A stretch of DNA of 33,971 nucleotides from the NCBI GenBank assembly GCA_964510025.1, contig CAZDZV010000015.1, positions 1 through 33,971 of the forward strand, written 5' to 3'. Source of the stretch: an uncultured Methanosarcinales archaeon. GTDB lineage: Archaea; Nanobdellota; Nanobdellia; Woesearchaeales; DATDXC01. A model generated the notes under the pieces. The model worked only from the letters and a program-made list of their open reading frames with translations. It ran no database searches and was not told the DNA's origin. This document shows positions 16,714-27,080 of this stretch, piece after piece; the first letter of the stretch is position 1, and each line of letters begins with the position of its first letter. Made by a program: the position numbers and the translations under genes.

Positions 16714-17430
16714 ATGCTCATAGATAAGGACATCGAGATAGTGGATCTTGCCTTGTATCTTAGAAAGAAGAAAATATTGCTCATTGCAGATACGCATATA
16801 GGGTATGAAGAGGCTTTAAACAAGCAGGGAATACTGATACCCAGGTTCCAGTTCAGTTCTATCGTAAGAAGGTTGGAAGATATACTGAAAAAGCTTCCCA
16901 AGCTTGACAGGATAGTGATCAACGGAGACATCAAGCATGAGTTTGGCAAGATATCTGAGCAGGAATGGAGGCAGACCCTCAAGCTTCTGGACCTGCTGCA
17001 GAGATACTGCGATGAGATCATACTGATAAGGGGAAACCATGATAAGATAATAGGCCCTATTGCAGAAAAGAGAAATGTGGAGGTTATGGATGATCTGATC
17101 ATCGATGACATTCTGATAACCCACGGCAGTTCAATCCCGGAGGCAATCATAAGGAGAACACCCTGCAAAAGCATAATCATCGGGCATGAGCACCCTGCTG
17201 TCAGCCTTGTAGATGAATCAAGAGCAGAAACATATAAGTGCTTTCTCAAGGGGAAGTGGAGGGATAAGACACTGATCGTGCAGCCATCTTTCAATCAGGT
17301 CACAGAAGGCACAGATATATTGAAAGAGCAGCTGTTAAGCCCCTTTCTCCTGCAGGACATGTCTGATTTCAGGGTGTACGTTGTCGCAGACAAGATCTAT
17401 GATTTTGGGATCTTAAAAGACATAAAATAG
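16714..17430 (+). CDS. Calcineurin-like metallophosphoesterase (COG1407-like)
   Basis: IADTHIGYE, NGDIKH, GNHD, THG, GHEHP. Confidence 0.9.
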   Translation: MLIDKDIEIVDLALYLRKKKILLIADTHIGYEEALNKQGILIPRFQFSSIVRRLEDILKKLPKLDRIVINGDIKHEFGKISEQEWRQTLKLLDLLQRYCDEIILIRGNHDKIIGPIAEKRNVEVMDDLIIDDILITHGSSIPEAIIRRTPCKSIIIGHEHPAVSLVDESRAETYKCFLKGKWRDKTLIVQPSFNQVTEGTDILKEQLLSPFLLQDMSDFRVYVVADKIYDFGILKDIK

Positions 17431-17465
17431 AACAATTTTTATACTATGTCTGCTCGAAACTATCG

Positions 17466-18887
17466 ATGAAGTCCAGAATCCTGCTCATCAATCCAGGTAT
17501 TGGCGCCAACAAGGCATATGGAAAGTTTTCAGAGTTTGCAAGCTGTTCACCCCCCACCGGCCTTTGCTATATAGCTGCCTACCTAAGGAAGCACGGCTAT
17601 GATGTCTCTATACTGGATGCAGAAGCTTTGCAGTTGAGCATAGAAGAGACCATGGAGCATGTGGTCCAGGCATCGCCGGAATTTATTGGTCTAACCTGTA
17701 AGACCCTGTGGGTTGCAGAAGCCCACGAGCTTGCGAGGCAGATAAAGAAGGCAATGCCAGGCATCCCCATAGTGGCAGGCGGAAATCATGTAACTGCCCT
17801 GCCTTACAGGACTATGGAGGAGTTTCCTTGCTTTGACATCCTGGTCATTGGAGAAGGAGAGATAACATTCTTGGATCTCATACAGGCTGCTGAAAAGGGC
17901 ACAAGGCTGGACAGGGTCAGAGGATTATGCATAAGGAAAAAAGGGAAGCCCATGCTGACACAGCCAAGAGAGAGGATAAAAGAGCTGGATCAGCTGCCTA
18001 TGCCAGCTTACGACCTCCTTCCGAACCTTGCTAAATACTATAGGCCGTTCTTCAGCTATGTAGAAAAATACCCGGCTTTTCCCATTATTGTGTCACGAGG
18101 CTGCCCCATGCACTGCGCTTTTTGCGATAGGAAGGTATTTGAGAACCGCGTGACAAAACACACCCCTGGATACACCATGAGGCTTATAGAGTATCTTTAC
18201 AGGAAACATGGCATCCGGAACATTGTTTTCGACGATGATAACCTTCTTTTTGACAGGAAATATCTTTACCAGCTTCTGGACCTGCTCGAGAGATCCGGGC
18301 TGGAAATACCATTCACCTGCCAGAGCAGGGTAGATACTGTGGATGAGGAAAGGCTTGCAAGGCTTAAGAAGGCAGGCTGCACGCATATAATGTATGGGAT
18401 AGAGTCTGGCAGCCAGAAGATTTTGGATGCCATGAAAAAAGGCATAACTGTAGAGAAGATAAAAGACACAATAAAAAAGACAAATAGGATGGGGATAAAG
18501 ACCATGGGATTCTTTATCTTAGGGTATCCCGGAGAAACTGAAGAAACCTTGAAAGAGTCTCTGGCGCTGATCAGCGAGCTGAAGCTTTTTGACATCGGAG
18601 CGTTCTATTTCACCCCTCTGCCAGGATCTGAGATCTACCCGAAGGTATGCGACTACGGAACCTTCAAGGAGGATTTTTCCAAAGAAAATTCTCTGGAAAA
18701 TATAGTATTTATCCCCAAGGGGACGGATGAGAAGACACTTAAAAAATACATGGATATGTTCTATAATTCCTGTTATGCGAGGCCGTACCAATTTGTCCTG
18801 GCATATAAGCGATTTTCCTCATGGGAGCATGCAAGGCTGGTGCTCAAATATTGGACCAGGATGCTTTTGAGGCGAAAGCTTGTCTAG
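17466..18887 (+). CDS. Cobalamin-binding radical SAM enzyme (class B methyltransferase-like)
   Basis: PPTGLCYIAAYL, GGNHVT, GEGE B12 domain; SRGCPMHCAFC; GIESGS; ILGYPGET. Confidence 0.92.
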   Translation: MKSRILLINPGIGANKAYGKFSEFASCSPPTGLCYIAAYLRKHGYDVSILDAEALQLSIEETMEHVVQASPEFIGLTCKTLWVAEAHELARQIKKAMPGIPIVAGGNHVTALPYRTMEEFPCFDILVIGEGEITFLDLIQAAEKGTRLDRVRGLCIRKKGKPMLTQPRERIKELDQLPMPAYDLLPNLAKYYRPFFSYVEKYPAFPIIVSRGCPMHCAFCDRKVFENRVTKHTPGYTMRLIEYLYRKHGIRNIVFDDDNLLFDRKYLYQLLDLLERSGLEIPFTCQSRVDTVDEERLARLKKAGCTHIMYGIESGSQKILDAMKKGITVEKIKDTIKKTNRMGIKTMGFFILGYPGETEETLKESLALISELKLFDIGAFYFTPLPGSEIYPKVCDYGTFKEDFSKENSLENIVFIPKGTDEKTLKKYMDMFYNSCYARPYQFVLAYKRFSSWEHARLVLKYWTRMLLRRKLV

Positions 18888-19426
18888 ATGTACATCTTGG
18901 CTAGGATATCAGACCTGGTTATGACCCCTTTCAGCTTTCCGCTGTCAGAAACAACAATAAGGGAGTAGAACTTCAGCAGGTCAGAAAGCACGCTTATAGA
19001 AGTGTTCTTGGATACTACAGGCGGGCAATCATCCATCACATCCTTCACCTTTCTGCCTCTGTTCATAAGCATTGAATCCAGGATAGATGTTTCAGAAACA
19101 AGGCCGATGCATCTGTTCATGTCTATCACCGGCATCTGCGAGATATTATGGCGACGCATCTTGTCGATGGCTTCCTTGACGCTCTCTTCGGGCTGTATTG
19201 ATATCACCTTGTTTGTCATGATATCAGAAGCCTTTGACTCCTTCTTCTTGCCGTATTCCAGCAGCACCCCAAATATCTTCTTGGCGTTCGAATAGGTCGG
19301 ATCCAGCCTTCCTGACTCTATCTTCGCTATCAGGCTCTGGCTCACCTGCGCCCGTTCAGCCAGCTCCTTCTGCGTGAGCCCCAGCTTCTTCCTTATATGC
19401 TTTATCTCATCTATTTCTATAGGCAT
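18884..19426 (-). CDS. XRE-HTH + CBS-pair transcriptional regulator
   Basis: IRKKLGLTQKELAERAQVSQSLIAKIESGRLDP followed by two CBS domains. Confidence 0.92.
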   Translation of the reverse strand: MPIEIDEIKHIRKKLGLTQKELAERAQVSQSLIAKIESGRLDPTYSNAKKIFGVLLEYGKKKESKASDIMTNKVISIQPEESVKEAIDKMRRHNISQMPVIDMNRCIGLVSETSILDSMLMNRGRKVKDVMDDCPPVVSKNTSISVLSDLLKFYSLIVVSDSGKLKGVITRSDILAKMYI

Positions 19427-19542
19427 TTTAACAAGAATAATATCAACTTATATTTATTCTTTTTGGAATTTAAGAACAAATCCCCTTTTGTTGATGGCCA
19501 TTGATGATACGCTAACCTATAGATATGGAAAATGTTGAATTT

Positions 19543-20031
19543 TTAGACTAGATCAACCATCCAGTCCACCTTGTATTCCTGGATTACAGGGGTGATTTTG
19601 ATCTCCTTTATGACGTCAATGAATTTCTGCCTTATCTGCCTGAGTATCTCGTCAAATTCCCTGTAATCCCGGGCGCATACCCCTATTGTGAAATCATACT
19701 CCCCAGAGTTCTTTGCCACGTATATTATGTTCTTGTGGCTGACCAGGTAGGCTATGAACTTTTTTTCGTTGTCAGGAGTGAGATTGTAGCAGGAGAAGAA
19801 TGCGTATGAATACAATGGGGAGCCCAGCTTTGCAGGGCTCAGGAAGGCATGATAGCCCCTGATGACCTTCTGCTTTTCCAGCTTCTTTATCCTGTAGATG
19901 ATAACGTCCCTTGGCAGCTTTGTCTTTTTTGCGATGCTTGCTATGCTCTGGCGGCAATCCTCCTGCAGCTGCCTGAGTATCTTCCTGTCTTTGCTGTCAA
20001 GCTTGGCTCTCTCTCCGTAATTAAGTTCCAT
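19543..20031 (-). CDS. Lrp/AsnC-family regulator
   Basis: LDSKDRKILRQLQEDCRQSIASIA...RIKKLE..KVI HTH, plus a RAM domain (SGEYD); divergent from the ABC operon. Confidence 0.9.
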   Translation of the reverse strand: MELNYGERAKLDSKDRKILRQLQEDCRQSIASIAKKTKLPRDVIIYRIKKLEKQKVIRGYHAFLSPAKLGSPLYSYAFFSCYNLTPDNEKKFIAYLVSHKNIIYVAKNSGEYDFTIGVCARDYREFDEILRQIRQKFIDVIKEIKITPVIQEYKVDWMVDLV

Positions 20032-20179
20032 GTTAGCTTATAAAATGTAATAATATATAAATATTTCCTTATTTTAAGAAAAATAATTAGAATAAGTTTT
20101 TATAATAACTATTATTTCCTTTTAAGTGACGAAATATATAATAGGTATGAATACAGGATGTAAGCCTATGGAGGAAAAG

Positions 20180-21139
20180 ATGAATAAAATATATATCATG
20201 GCAATATTGACATTATTGACAGCCTGTACTGGGACAGGGATGGTTGTATATGAAGAGCCGACGGTGATTGCAACATCAGCGTATCCACCAGGAAGGCTCC
20301 TCTACCTGCCTCTTGCGCTGGGCTATTATCGGGAAGAAGGCGTCAATGTGGATTTTGTGGAAATAGCTGATGAAAATCTTGTTGAGTCTTTGACAAGCGG
20401 CCATGCAGACCTTGTGCAGCTTACAACAGACTGGTTTGTTCTGCCTGCATCGCAGGGAATCGGGGCAAAAGAGCTTTTCTACACTGACCTTCCGAGAGAG
20501 ACAGAGGCCCTCATAGTAAGAAGCGATGTTGAGGATATTGCGGAGCTGGCAGGCAAAAAAATCGCTGTCCTGGAAGGCACTATCGGGCATTATTTTCTGT
20601 CCCAGGCGCTGGACATGAATGGCATGCAGGTTTCTGATGTGTACGTAGTTTCAATGCCCCCTGACAAAGCAGCTTTGGCACTGATCAGAGGAGATGTGGA
20701 TGGGGCAGTGATCTGGGACCCATGGATGACATCTGTACTGGAAAAACCTGAATACAAGGCATTGTACTATGACAAGGATGTAGAGCTGATAAGCCTGGTT
20801 GCAGTATATGCAAGGGACCAGTTCATACAAGAAAATCCCGGCAAGATCAGACAGGTGATGAAGGCCTTTTTTCGGGGCATAGAATACTGGAAAAAGAATC
20901 CTCATCAGGCAAACCAGATAATGGCAGAAGATCTTGGAGTGAGCAGGCAGGAGTTTGAGCACATGATCGGCACTACTATCCCATTGGACCTGGAAGACAA
21001 CCTTAAGGTAGCAGATTCAACCTACAGTGAAAGGGTCATGTCAAAGTCATCCCAGCTTTGGCAAAGCCTGGGCTACACTGACAATGAGGTAAACCCTGAA
21101 GACCTGATAGATACATCTCTTCTGGAAGGCCTGACATGA
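20180..21139 (+). CDS. NitT/TauT (SsuA/THI5-like) ABC substrate-binding lipoprotein
   Basis: GGAGG RBS before ATG 20180; LLTAC lipobox; GYYREEGVNV, LAGKKIA, GDVDGAVIWDP. Confidence 0.88.
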   Translation: MNKIYIMAILTLLTACTGTGMVVYEEPTVIATSAYPPGRLLYLPLALGYYREEGVNVDFVEIADENLVESLTSGHADLVQLTTDWFVLPASQGIGAKELFYTDLPRETEALIVRSDVEDIAELAGKKIAVLEGTIGHYFLSQALDMNGMQVSDVYVVSMPPDKAALALIRGDVDGAVIWDPWMTSVLEKPEYKALYYDKDVELISLVAVYARDQFIQENPGKIRQVMKAFFRGIEYWKKNPHQANQIMAEDLGVSRQEFEHMIGTTIPLDLEDNLKVADSTYSERVMSKSSQLWQSLGYTDNEVNPEDLIDTSLLEGLT

Positions 21140-21879
21140 AAAGATTTTATTTTCTTGGTTTTTTTTTGGTGATGATAGTTTGGTCATTGCTATCCTATTC
21201 GGGGCTGGTAAGCCGGTTTTTCCTTCCGACCCCAGCAAGCGTGCTGGCTGCTATAGGCAGCCTGGTATTGATGAAGGGCTTCTTGTCTGATATAGGCATA
21301 AGCTTTTTCAGGGTCCTAACCGGGTTTATCCTGAGCATAATGGCTGCGATCCCCCTTGGAATGGTTATAGCTGTCAACAAAAAAGCTGAAGCTATGGCAG
21401 GGCCTGTAGTGCTGCTAAGGTATATCCCCCCGTCAGCACTGATCCCGCTTGCCATACTGTGGTTTGGGATAGGCGAGATGGAGAAGATATTTATCGTGTT
21501 CTTATCCATATTTCCGTATTTTGTGCTGCTGGTCTCAGACATAGTATCGCATACCCCGCAGGAATATATAGATGCTGCAAAAAAACTCGGAGCAAGCAGG
21601 CTGGATGTTGTGAAGAGGGTGCTGCTGCCTTTCAACATGCCGAAAATCTACCAGTCCATCAGGTTCATGTTTGCTGTGGGCTGGGCATATATAATCATGG
21701 TGGAGCTTGTGGGCTCGAACTCAGGCCTCGGCCATTTCATACTAAGGTCACAGAGGTTTATGCACACACCTGAACTTTTTGCAGGCATATTGATCATAGG
21801 CCTTATTGGAATTTTGGTGGATATGGTTTTCAGCCATCTGTACAGGCCTTTGTTTCCATGGGTGAAGCAGATTGGGTAA
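21136..21879 (+). CDS. NitT/TauT ABC permease
   Basis: FLPTP, LRYIPP..LIPL.ILWFGIGE, DAAKKLGAS EAA loop, GLG. Confidence 0.92.
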   Translation: MKRFYFLGFFLVMIVWSLLSYSGLVSRFFLPTPASVLAAIGSLVLMKGFLSDIGISFFRVLTGFILSIMAAIPLGMVIAVNKKAEAMAGPVVLLRYIPPSALIPLAILWFGIGEMEKIFIVFLSIFPYFVLLVSDIVSHTPQEYIDAAKKLGASRLDVVKRVLLPFNMPKIYQSIRFMFAVGWAYIIMVELVGSNSGLGHFILRSQRFMHTPELFAGILIIGLIGILVDMVFSHLYRPLFPWVKQIG

Positions 21880-22564
21880 GCTTTCAGTAAAGGGTGTTTC
21901 GAAGTCTTGTGATGATGTACATGTGCTGGATAGGATAGGCTTCCAGGCAGAAGAAGGGGAGTTCATATGTATCGTGGGGAAGAGCGGATGCGGAAAGACG
22001 ACCTTGTTAAGGCTCATAGCAGGGCTGATCGAGCCGGACTCAGGGAAGATCACGAAATGCAATACAGGATTGGTGTTCCAGGAGCATGCCTGCTTTCCCT
22101 GGCTTACTGTTGAGAGAAATATTGAGTTCGGACTGAAGAACAGGCAAAAGGCGAAGCATTATCTGAAGATGATGCATCTGGACGGGTTTGAAAAATTCTA
22201 TCCATACCAGCTTTCATCAGGCATGAGGCAGCGGGTAGCAATAGCGAGGACACTGATAACTGACCCTGAAGTGGTTTTGATGGACGAGCCTTTTGGATCC
22301 CTGGATGCACAGACCAAGGAGTCCATGCATGAATTTCTGATCGACATCTGGGAAAGAGAAAAGAAGACAATACTTTTTGTGACACATGATATCGATGAAG
22401 CACTGTATCTTGCAGACAGGATAATAATCATGTCTGAGCTGCCATCCAGTATTACTAAAATCATATCAAATACTGCACAGGGGATAAGGACTTTCAGTGG
22501 AAAGGAGAAATTAAGGAATATGATCAAAAGATGCCTGTCTGATGCGTATGGAGCAGGTGTCTAA
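21872..22564 (+). CDS. NitT/TauT ABC ATP-binding protein
   Basis: GKSGCGKT, VFQE, LSSGMRQR, LMDEPF, VTHDIDEA. Confidence 0.93.
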   Translation: MGKLSVKGVSKSCDDVHVLDRIGFQAEEGEFICIVGKSGCGKTTLLRLIAGLIEPDSGKITKCNTGLVFQEHACFPWLTVERNIEFGLKNRQKAKHYLKMMHLDGFEKFYPYQLSSGMRQRVAIARTLITDPEVVLMDEPFGSLDAQTKESMHEFLIDIWEREKKTILFVTHDIDEALYLADRIIIMSELPSSITKIISNTAQGIRTFSGKEKLRNMIKRCLSDAYGAGV

Positions 22565-23024
22565 GATGCACATAATACGAACAAGGCTGCTATACTATGC
22601 AAGGGCGGAGGGACAAAGCAGCATGGGCCTTGAGGAAGCAGTAGGAATGTATAGGGAGCGGGGGCAACATGAGCTGCATTTTATAGATATGTCAAGCACC
22701 AGGAAACGGCAATTCGTCAGGGCTGTATTTACAGGCAATAGTCCAGGCTATGTGGATATGATGTATGGGAGCAATTATGTGCTTCAGGGTGAGAGCTACG
22801 GCAAGAGGATTTCCTCGGTAATAAGCGACATTTCGGCAATAATCTCACTAAATGAAGATGCTGAATCCCAGATTGATACAGAATATCCTCTTTTGAGGAT
22901 GCAGCAGATTGAAGATGTTATCTCTCTTGTGCCACAGGAGCACCAGAGGCAAATTTATCTAAAGTGGGTGATGCTTCAAATCCCATTTCTAAAGGGCTGG
23001 TTAGAATCAGGACAGACGATCTGA
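22542..23024 (+). CDS. Hypothetical protein
   Basis: 160-aa ORF (alternative start 22566) between the ABC ATPase and the next ORF; no motif recognised. Confidence 0.55.
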   Translation: MRMEQVSKMHIIRTRLLYYARAEGQSSMGLEEAVGMYRERGQHELHFIDMSSTRKRQFVRAVFTGNSPGYVDMMYGSNYVLQGESYGKRISSVISDISAIISLNEDAESQIDTEYPLLRMQQIEDVISLVPQEHQRQIYLKWVMLQIPFLKGWLESGQTI

Positions 23025-24514
23025 TAAAGGAACTGGAGCCCAGGCTTATGGCAGCTGTACGGCAAGCCTATGGAAAGGATTATGACTTCTCTTCGGGAAG
23101 CTATGGCGATGAACTTTTGCAGGCTGGAAGGATAGTCCTGTTCCAGATGATGCAGAGCTGTGATCCAATGGAAATCTTTGAAGATCCAGAGAAGCAAAGA
23201 CAATTTCTTGCTCTAGTAAGGCTGGAAACGAGGGAGCAGGGCAGGGAACTTCACTTTCTTCCGAAGCTGAGCACTTTGGATGAGGGTTTTGACATTGAGC
23301 AGGCTGTCTGGGAAGACAACAGGCACTATAGGGCTAGCGATGCAGGCCCGGACCCCTCATTGCTGCCCAATCGTGATTATCATATCGCCACTGCGTTAGG
23401 TATTGGTGGTGAAGCATGGGAAGTGCAAGCTGCTCTCGGCGCAATAAAGACTAAACTGGAGGACAGGCCCAAATACCATCGACTTAGGTCAGCATATGGC
23501 CGAGCTGTAGCAGCTGTCTACGAGCAGGTCAGGACAGGGGAGATCCCCGGCTGGCGGACTTTAGGCCACCAGTACTTTGATTGGGATGTCACCCTTGTAG
23601 AAACAATAAGGCATGTTACTGACAACCATATACTGCCCCATTATGGGTGTTCACTTGAAAACCTACCTATCCAGAAAGGCCTGAGGGAGACACTCTTTCA
23701 CTTTAGATTAGGTTATGTTCAAAGAAACCTGAGCGGAGGTATGCGTGATTTTTTTATAAGGGGGTTTCCCGAGATGGAAGACAGTGTACATTGGCATCCT
23801 GCAAGGTGGCCAAGGAAGGGTGTCGAGCTCACAGCTGAGCAGAGGCGCAGCTACTCTGTTTTTTTGAGAAAGTATATTTTTGAGCACAGGCTAGGATGCC
23901 GAACAAGGGATGATGTTATCCATGCTTTAAATAACAGGGAACTATTAAGGGAAATAATCGCCCAGGAGAGGCTGCCAATGGGCCATTACCATCCAGATGA
24001 ATTCACCCATAAATCAGCCCTTTTCTATATGGTCTCAGACTTGGATGGGGTGTTGTATGACATAGACCCATGGGAAATTGATGCGCAAATGCCAAAAAAC
24101 TGGTTTTTTGATGGCGATGGGTTGAACCTGGCTGAGGTCAGGAAATATCTGGCATGGGTGGTTGAAAATTATGGCATTCCTTCGGGGGTTACGGCAGATA
24201 ATCCGCATATACCCCATTATCACCACATGAAGAGACTTGGGCTCAGCGCTTGTGATATACGAAAACTGCTTCCAGGGCAGCCTGATGTGTGGACAGTTAC
24301 TGAACGGGCTCCTGCAAACACATGGGTGAGAGGGGATGGGGTAGTCGATCATGATAACGTCCGGAAATACCTTAGATGGCTCATGGATGAATATGATGTT
24401 GGAGTAAGCACGACTTTTGGGATACTCAGAAGGCTTCCTCATTTCCAGGGATTATATGCCATCACAGGAAGGGATTTAGAGGCAGTCAGGGATATATTAA
24501 GGACACTAACCTGA
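22964..24514 (+). CDS. Hypothetical protein with sigma-70 region-2-like N-terminus and W-P-W helical repeats (DUF4046-like)
   Basis: 516-aa ORF with uncertain start. LIKELEPRL...[20 protein letters not shown]; repeats [13 protein letters not shown]...[10 protein letters not shown] and [14 protein letters not shown]...[10 protein letters not shown]. Confidence 0.65.
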   Translation: MGDASNPISKGLVRIRTDDLIKELEPRLMAAVRQAYGKDYDFSSGSYGDELLQAGRIVLFQMMQSCDPMEIFEDPEKQRQFLALVRLETREQGRELHFLPKLSTLDEGFDIEQAVWEDNRHYRASDAGPDPSLLPNRDYHIATALGIGGEAWEVQAALGAIKTKLEDRPKYHRLRSAYGRAVAAVYEQVRTGEIPGWRTLGHQYFDWDVTLVETIRHVTDNHILPHYGCSLENLPIQKGLRETLFHFRLGYVQRNLSGGMRDFFIRGFPEMEDSVHWHPARWPRKGVELTAEQRRSYSVFLRKYIFEHRLGCRTRDDVIHALNNRELLREIIAQERLPMGHYHPDEFTHKSALFYMVSDLDGVLYDIDPWEIDAQMPKNWFFDGDGLNLAEVRKYLAWVVENYGIPSGVTADNPHIPHYHHMKRLGLSACDIRKLLPGQPDVWTVTERAPANTWVRGDGVVDHDNVRKYLRWLMDEYDVGVSTTFGILRRLPHFQGLYAITGRDLEAVRDILRTLT

Positions 24515-24587
24515 TATTCCAATCAGAATATTTCTTTCACAAATCTTTTTAAAATGCTCTGTTCAGAATGCTATCGAGGTGGAAAAT

Positions 24588-25757
24588 ATGGCAAAAAAAT
24601 ATACTGTTACAAGCGAAAGTGTCACTGAAGGGCATCCGGACAAGGTATGCGATAAGATCAGCGACTCAATTCTTGATGCTTTGTTAAAGGAGGATCCCAA
24701 TTCCAGGGTAGCTGTCGAATGCCTGACCACGACAGGCACGGTCCATGTATCCGGCGAGATATCAACAAATGCATATGTTGATATTCAGAAGATCGCCCGC
24801 GACACATTAAAGGAGATCGGCTACACAAATCCGGAATTTGGCATAGATTTCAATGATGCAGGAGTATGGGTAAGTGTCCACGGCCAAAGCCCTGATATCT
24901 CTCAGGGGGTATCAGAAGGCGAAGGCGAAGACAAGGACCAGGGTGCAGGCGACCAGGGGATGATGTATGGATATGCTTCAGACGAGACAGATGAGATGAT
25001 GCCTATGCCAATTATGCTTGCGCATAAGCTCACAATGCGCCTGGCTTATGTCAGGAAGCAGGGTATAATAAAAGGCATCGGCCCGGATGGGAAATCCCAG
25101 GTGACTGTATTGTATGAAGATGATGCGCCTGCCAGGATTACGGATATTGTCATAGCCCAGCAGCATATCGACAATCTGCCAGAGCAGGAGCTGCGTAAGG
25201 AGATAGTGGAGCATGTCATAAAGCCTATATGCGGAAAATATATGGATGAATCGACCAATCTGCATATCAATGCCACAGGAAGGTTTGTTATCGGCGGCCC
25301 GGAAGGGGATACAGGCCTTACAGGAAGAAAGATAATTGTTGATACGTACGGCGGTGTCGGAAGGCACGGAGGAGGAGCTTTTTCCGGGAAGGATCCGAGC
25401 AAGGTGGATAGGTCTGCCGCATATATGGCCAGATATGTAGCAAAAAATATCGTTGCTGCAGGGCTCGCAAAAAGATGCGAAGTGCAGCTGAGCTATGCGA
25501 TCGGGATTGCGCAGCCGACAAATGTTAATGTACAATGTTTCAGCACCGAAAAGCTGCCAGAAGAGAAGATACAGGAAGCAGTAAAAAAGGTTTTTGATTT
25601 GAGGCCAAAAGCCATAATAGAGACGCTCGAGCTCAGGAGGCCGATATATGCAAAGACAGCAGCCTACGGGCATTTCGGAAGAAATGATCCTGACTTCACC
25701 TGGGAGAAGACAGATAAGGCTTCAGAGCTAAAAAAGGCTGCTGGGCTTGATGAATAA
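24588..25757 (+). CDS. metK: S-adenosylmethionine synthetase (bacterial/eukaryotic type)
   Basis: [70 protein letters not shown]. Confidence 0.97.
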   Translation: MAKKYTVTSESVTEGHPDKVCDKISDSILDALLKEDPNSRVAVECLTTTGTVHVSGEISTNAYVDIQKIARDTLKEIGYTNPEFGIDFNDAGVWVSVHGQSPDISQGVSEGEGEDKDQGAGDQGMMYGYASDETDEMMPMPIMLAHKLTMRLAYVRKQGIIKGIGPDGKSQVTVLYEDDAPARITDIVIAQQHIDNLPEQELRKEIVEHVIKPICGKYMDESTNLHINATGRFVIGGPEGDTGLTGRKIIVDTYGGVGRHGGGAFSGKDPSKVDRSAAYMARYVAKNIVAAGLAKRCEVQLSYAIGIAQPTNVNVQCFSTEKLPEEKIQEAVKKVFDLRPKAIIETLELRRPIYAKTAAYGHFGRNDPDFTWEKTDKASELKKAAGLDE

Positions 25758-25820
25758 CACCGTCGTTATTCATTAAATTTTTTATTTTTTTAACTTCCAT
25801 TTAAGGCGTTATAGACGATA

Positions 25821-25952
25821 TGCTTAGAAATCAGAGATTTCTGGCACGCCAAAAATTTTCAATTTTTGAGCGTTTCTCTCGTTTTTTTGTGATGAAATGT
25901 CCTAAAAAATCCTTTGGATTTTTGGGACACAAGAAACGGAGTTTCTTAGTGT
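25821..25952. repeat. Two pairs of bulged short hairpins with 3-nt loops
   Basis: AGAAATC-aga-GATTTCT, CAAAAATT-ttc-AATTTTTG, AAAAATCC-ttt-GGATTTTT and AAGAAAC-gga-GTTTCTT, each extended by an outer stem after a bulge. Confidence 0.8.
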
Positions 25953-25974
25953 GATTACATTTCCATTACAAAAT

Positions 25975-27078
25975 TTAATGGTGGTGGTGCATTTCTTTAG
26001 CTTTAGTTGACAGGAAAAAAAGCACTACAGCTATCAATACTGCAATCAGGTTAAGCCAGAATGTATAATCAAGACTAAAAGTAGAAAGTTCACTTAACAT
26101 TTTCACTGAAGTAGGCAATATACCAAGTAGTCCAAATAACACATGAACAATAATTCCTGTAAGTATTGCCGATATACCAGTTACGAATGCAATATACATA
26201 GCAAAAGGCCAACCATAATAATTAGCATTGATCTTCACAGCAGGAGGTACATTGAAATCAGCATAAAGAAATGCCATTATTGCACCGAACAATACACCAT
26301 TGTTCGCTAATATTGCTGCCAAAGGACCGTTACCCATTGAACCTATTACAGTTATGATTGCCAAAATTGGCGCCATAAGTGCCTGTAAAGGAAGTGCAAG
26401 CCATGCTACCAAATCGACTGGAAATATGGCTTTGAAAAAGGATTTGGGGACAAGTGTTGCCACAAAACCTGCAACCAGGAAACCTATGAAAATTTCCTTA
26501 TAGACCATTTTCCATTCCGCTTTATATGTTTGTCCTACTTTTTTCCAGGTTTTTGTGTTCTTAATTTTGTCCTTAAAAGACTCAGGCAAGTCTTCTGAAG
26601 GGTCTGTACTACTACCTGCTTTTTCTTTTGCATTGTTAAGTGCTTTTTGTGCAAGATTTTTTGGATATGTTAATCTTACCAGTAAAGATTGGATGATAAC
26701 AATTATTGGAGCACCAACAAATAGAGCAAGCGAATATTGCCAACCTAAGAAAATATATGCTAAGATAGCAACTTCAATAGCAAGATTTGTAGAAGCAAAC
26801 ATATAGGCCAGGGAGGAGGTAAACGCAGCTCCTTTTGTCCACAAACTCCTAGTAGCAGATAAAGCTGCAAAAGAGCATGATGATGAGATAAATCCAAGTA
26901 GAGATGCTTTGCTGAGATCTTTAACTGAACCTTTTCCCAGATGTTTTGCAGTAGATGTTTTGGAAATAAATACCTGAATGACCGAAGAAAACGCATAACC
27001 TAGAGCTAGTGCCCAGAACGCTTTCCAAAATAATCCTGCTGCTGTATACAATGATTGATATATTGGGTCCAAAACCAT
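25975..27078 (-). CDS. Predicted permease (DUF318/ArsP-like)
   Basis: Multi-TM; SSCSFAA, FASTNL..E, GSMGNGPLA, FLYAD; His-rich C-terminus. Confidence 0.85.
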   Translation of the reverse strand: MVLDPIYQSLYTAAGLFWKAFWALALGYAFSSVIQVFISKTSTAKHLGKGSVKDLSKASLLGFISSSCSFAALSATRSLWTKGAAFTSSLAYMFASTNLAIEVAILAYIFLGWQYSLALFVGAPIIVIIQSLLVRLTYPKNLAQKALNNAKEKAGSSTDPSEDLPESFKDKIKNTKTWKKVGQTYKAEWKMVYKEIFIGFLVAGFVATLVPKSFFKAIFPVDLVAWLALPLQALMAPILAIITVIGSMGNGPLAAILANNGVLFGAIMAFLYADFNVPPAVKINANYYGWPFAMYIAFVTGISAILTGIIVHVLFGLLGILPTSVKMLSELSTFSLDYTFWLNLIAVLIAVVLFFLSTKAKEMHHHH

Positions 27079-27080
27079 TC

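Noticed and set aside
24978..25673. Long antisense ORFs (also 1541-2179, 6285-6869, 16623-17294, 28879-29331)
   Set aside because: Shadow frames opposite better-supported genes, with no motifs or expression signals.
25821..25952. Integron attC site
   Set aside because: There are no RYYYAAC/GTTRRRY core ends, it is not a single long hairpin, and there is no integrase in the window.
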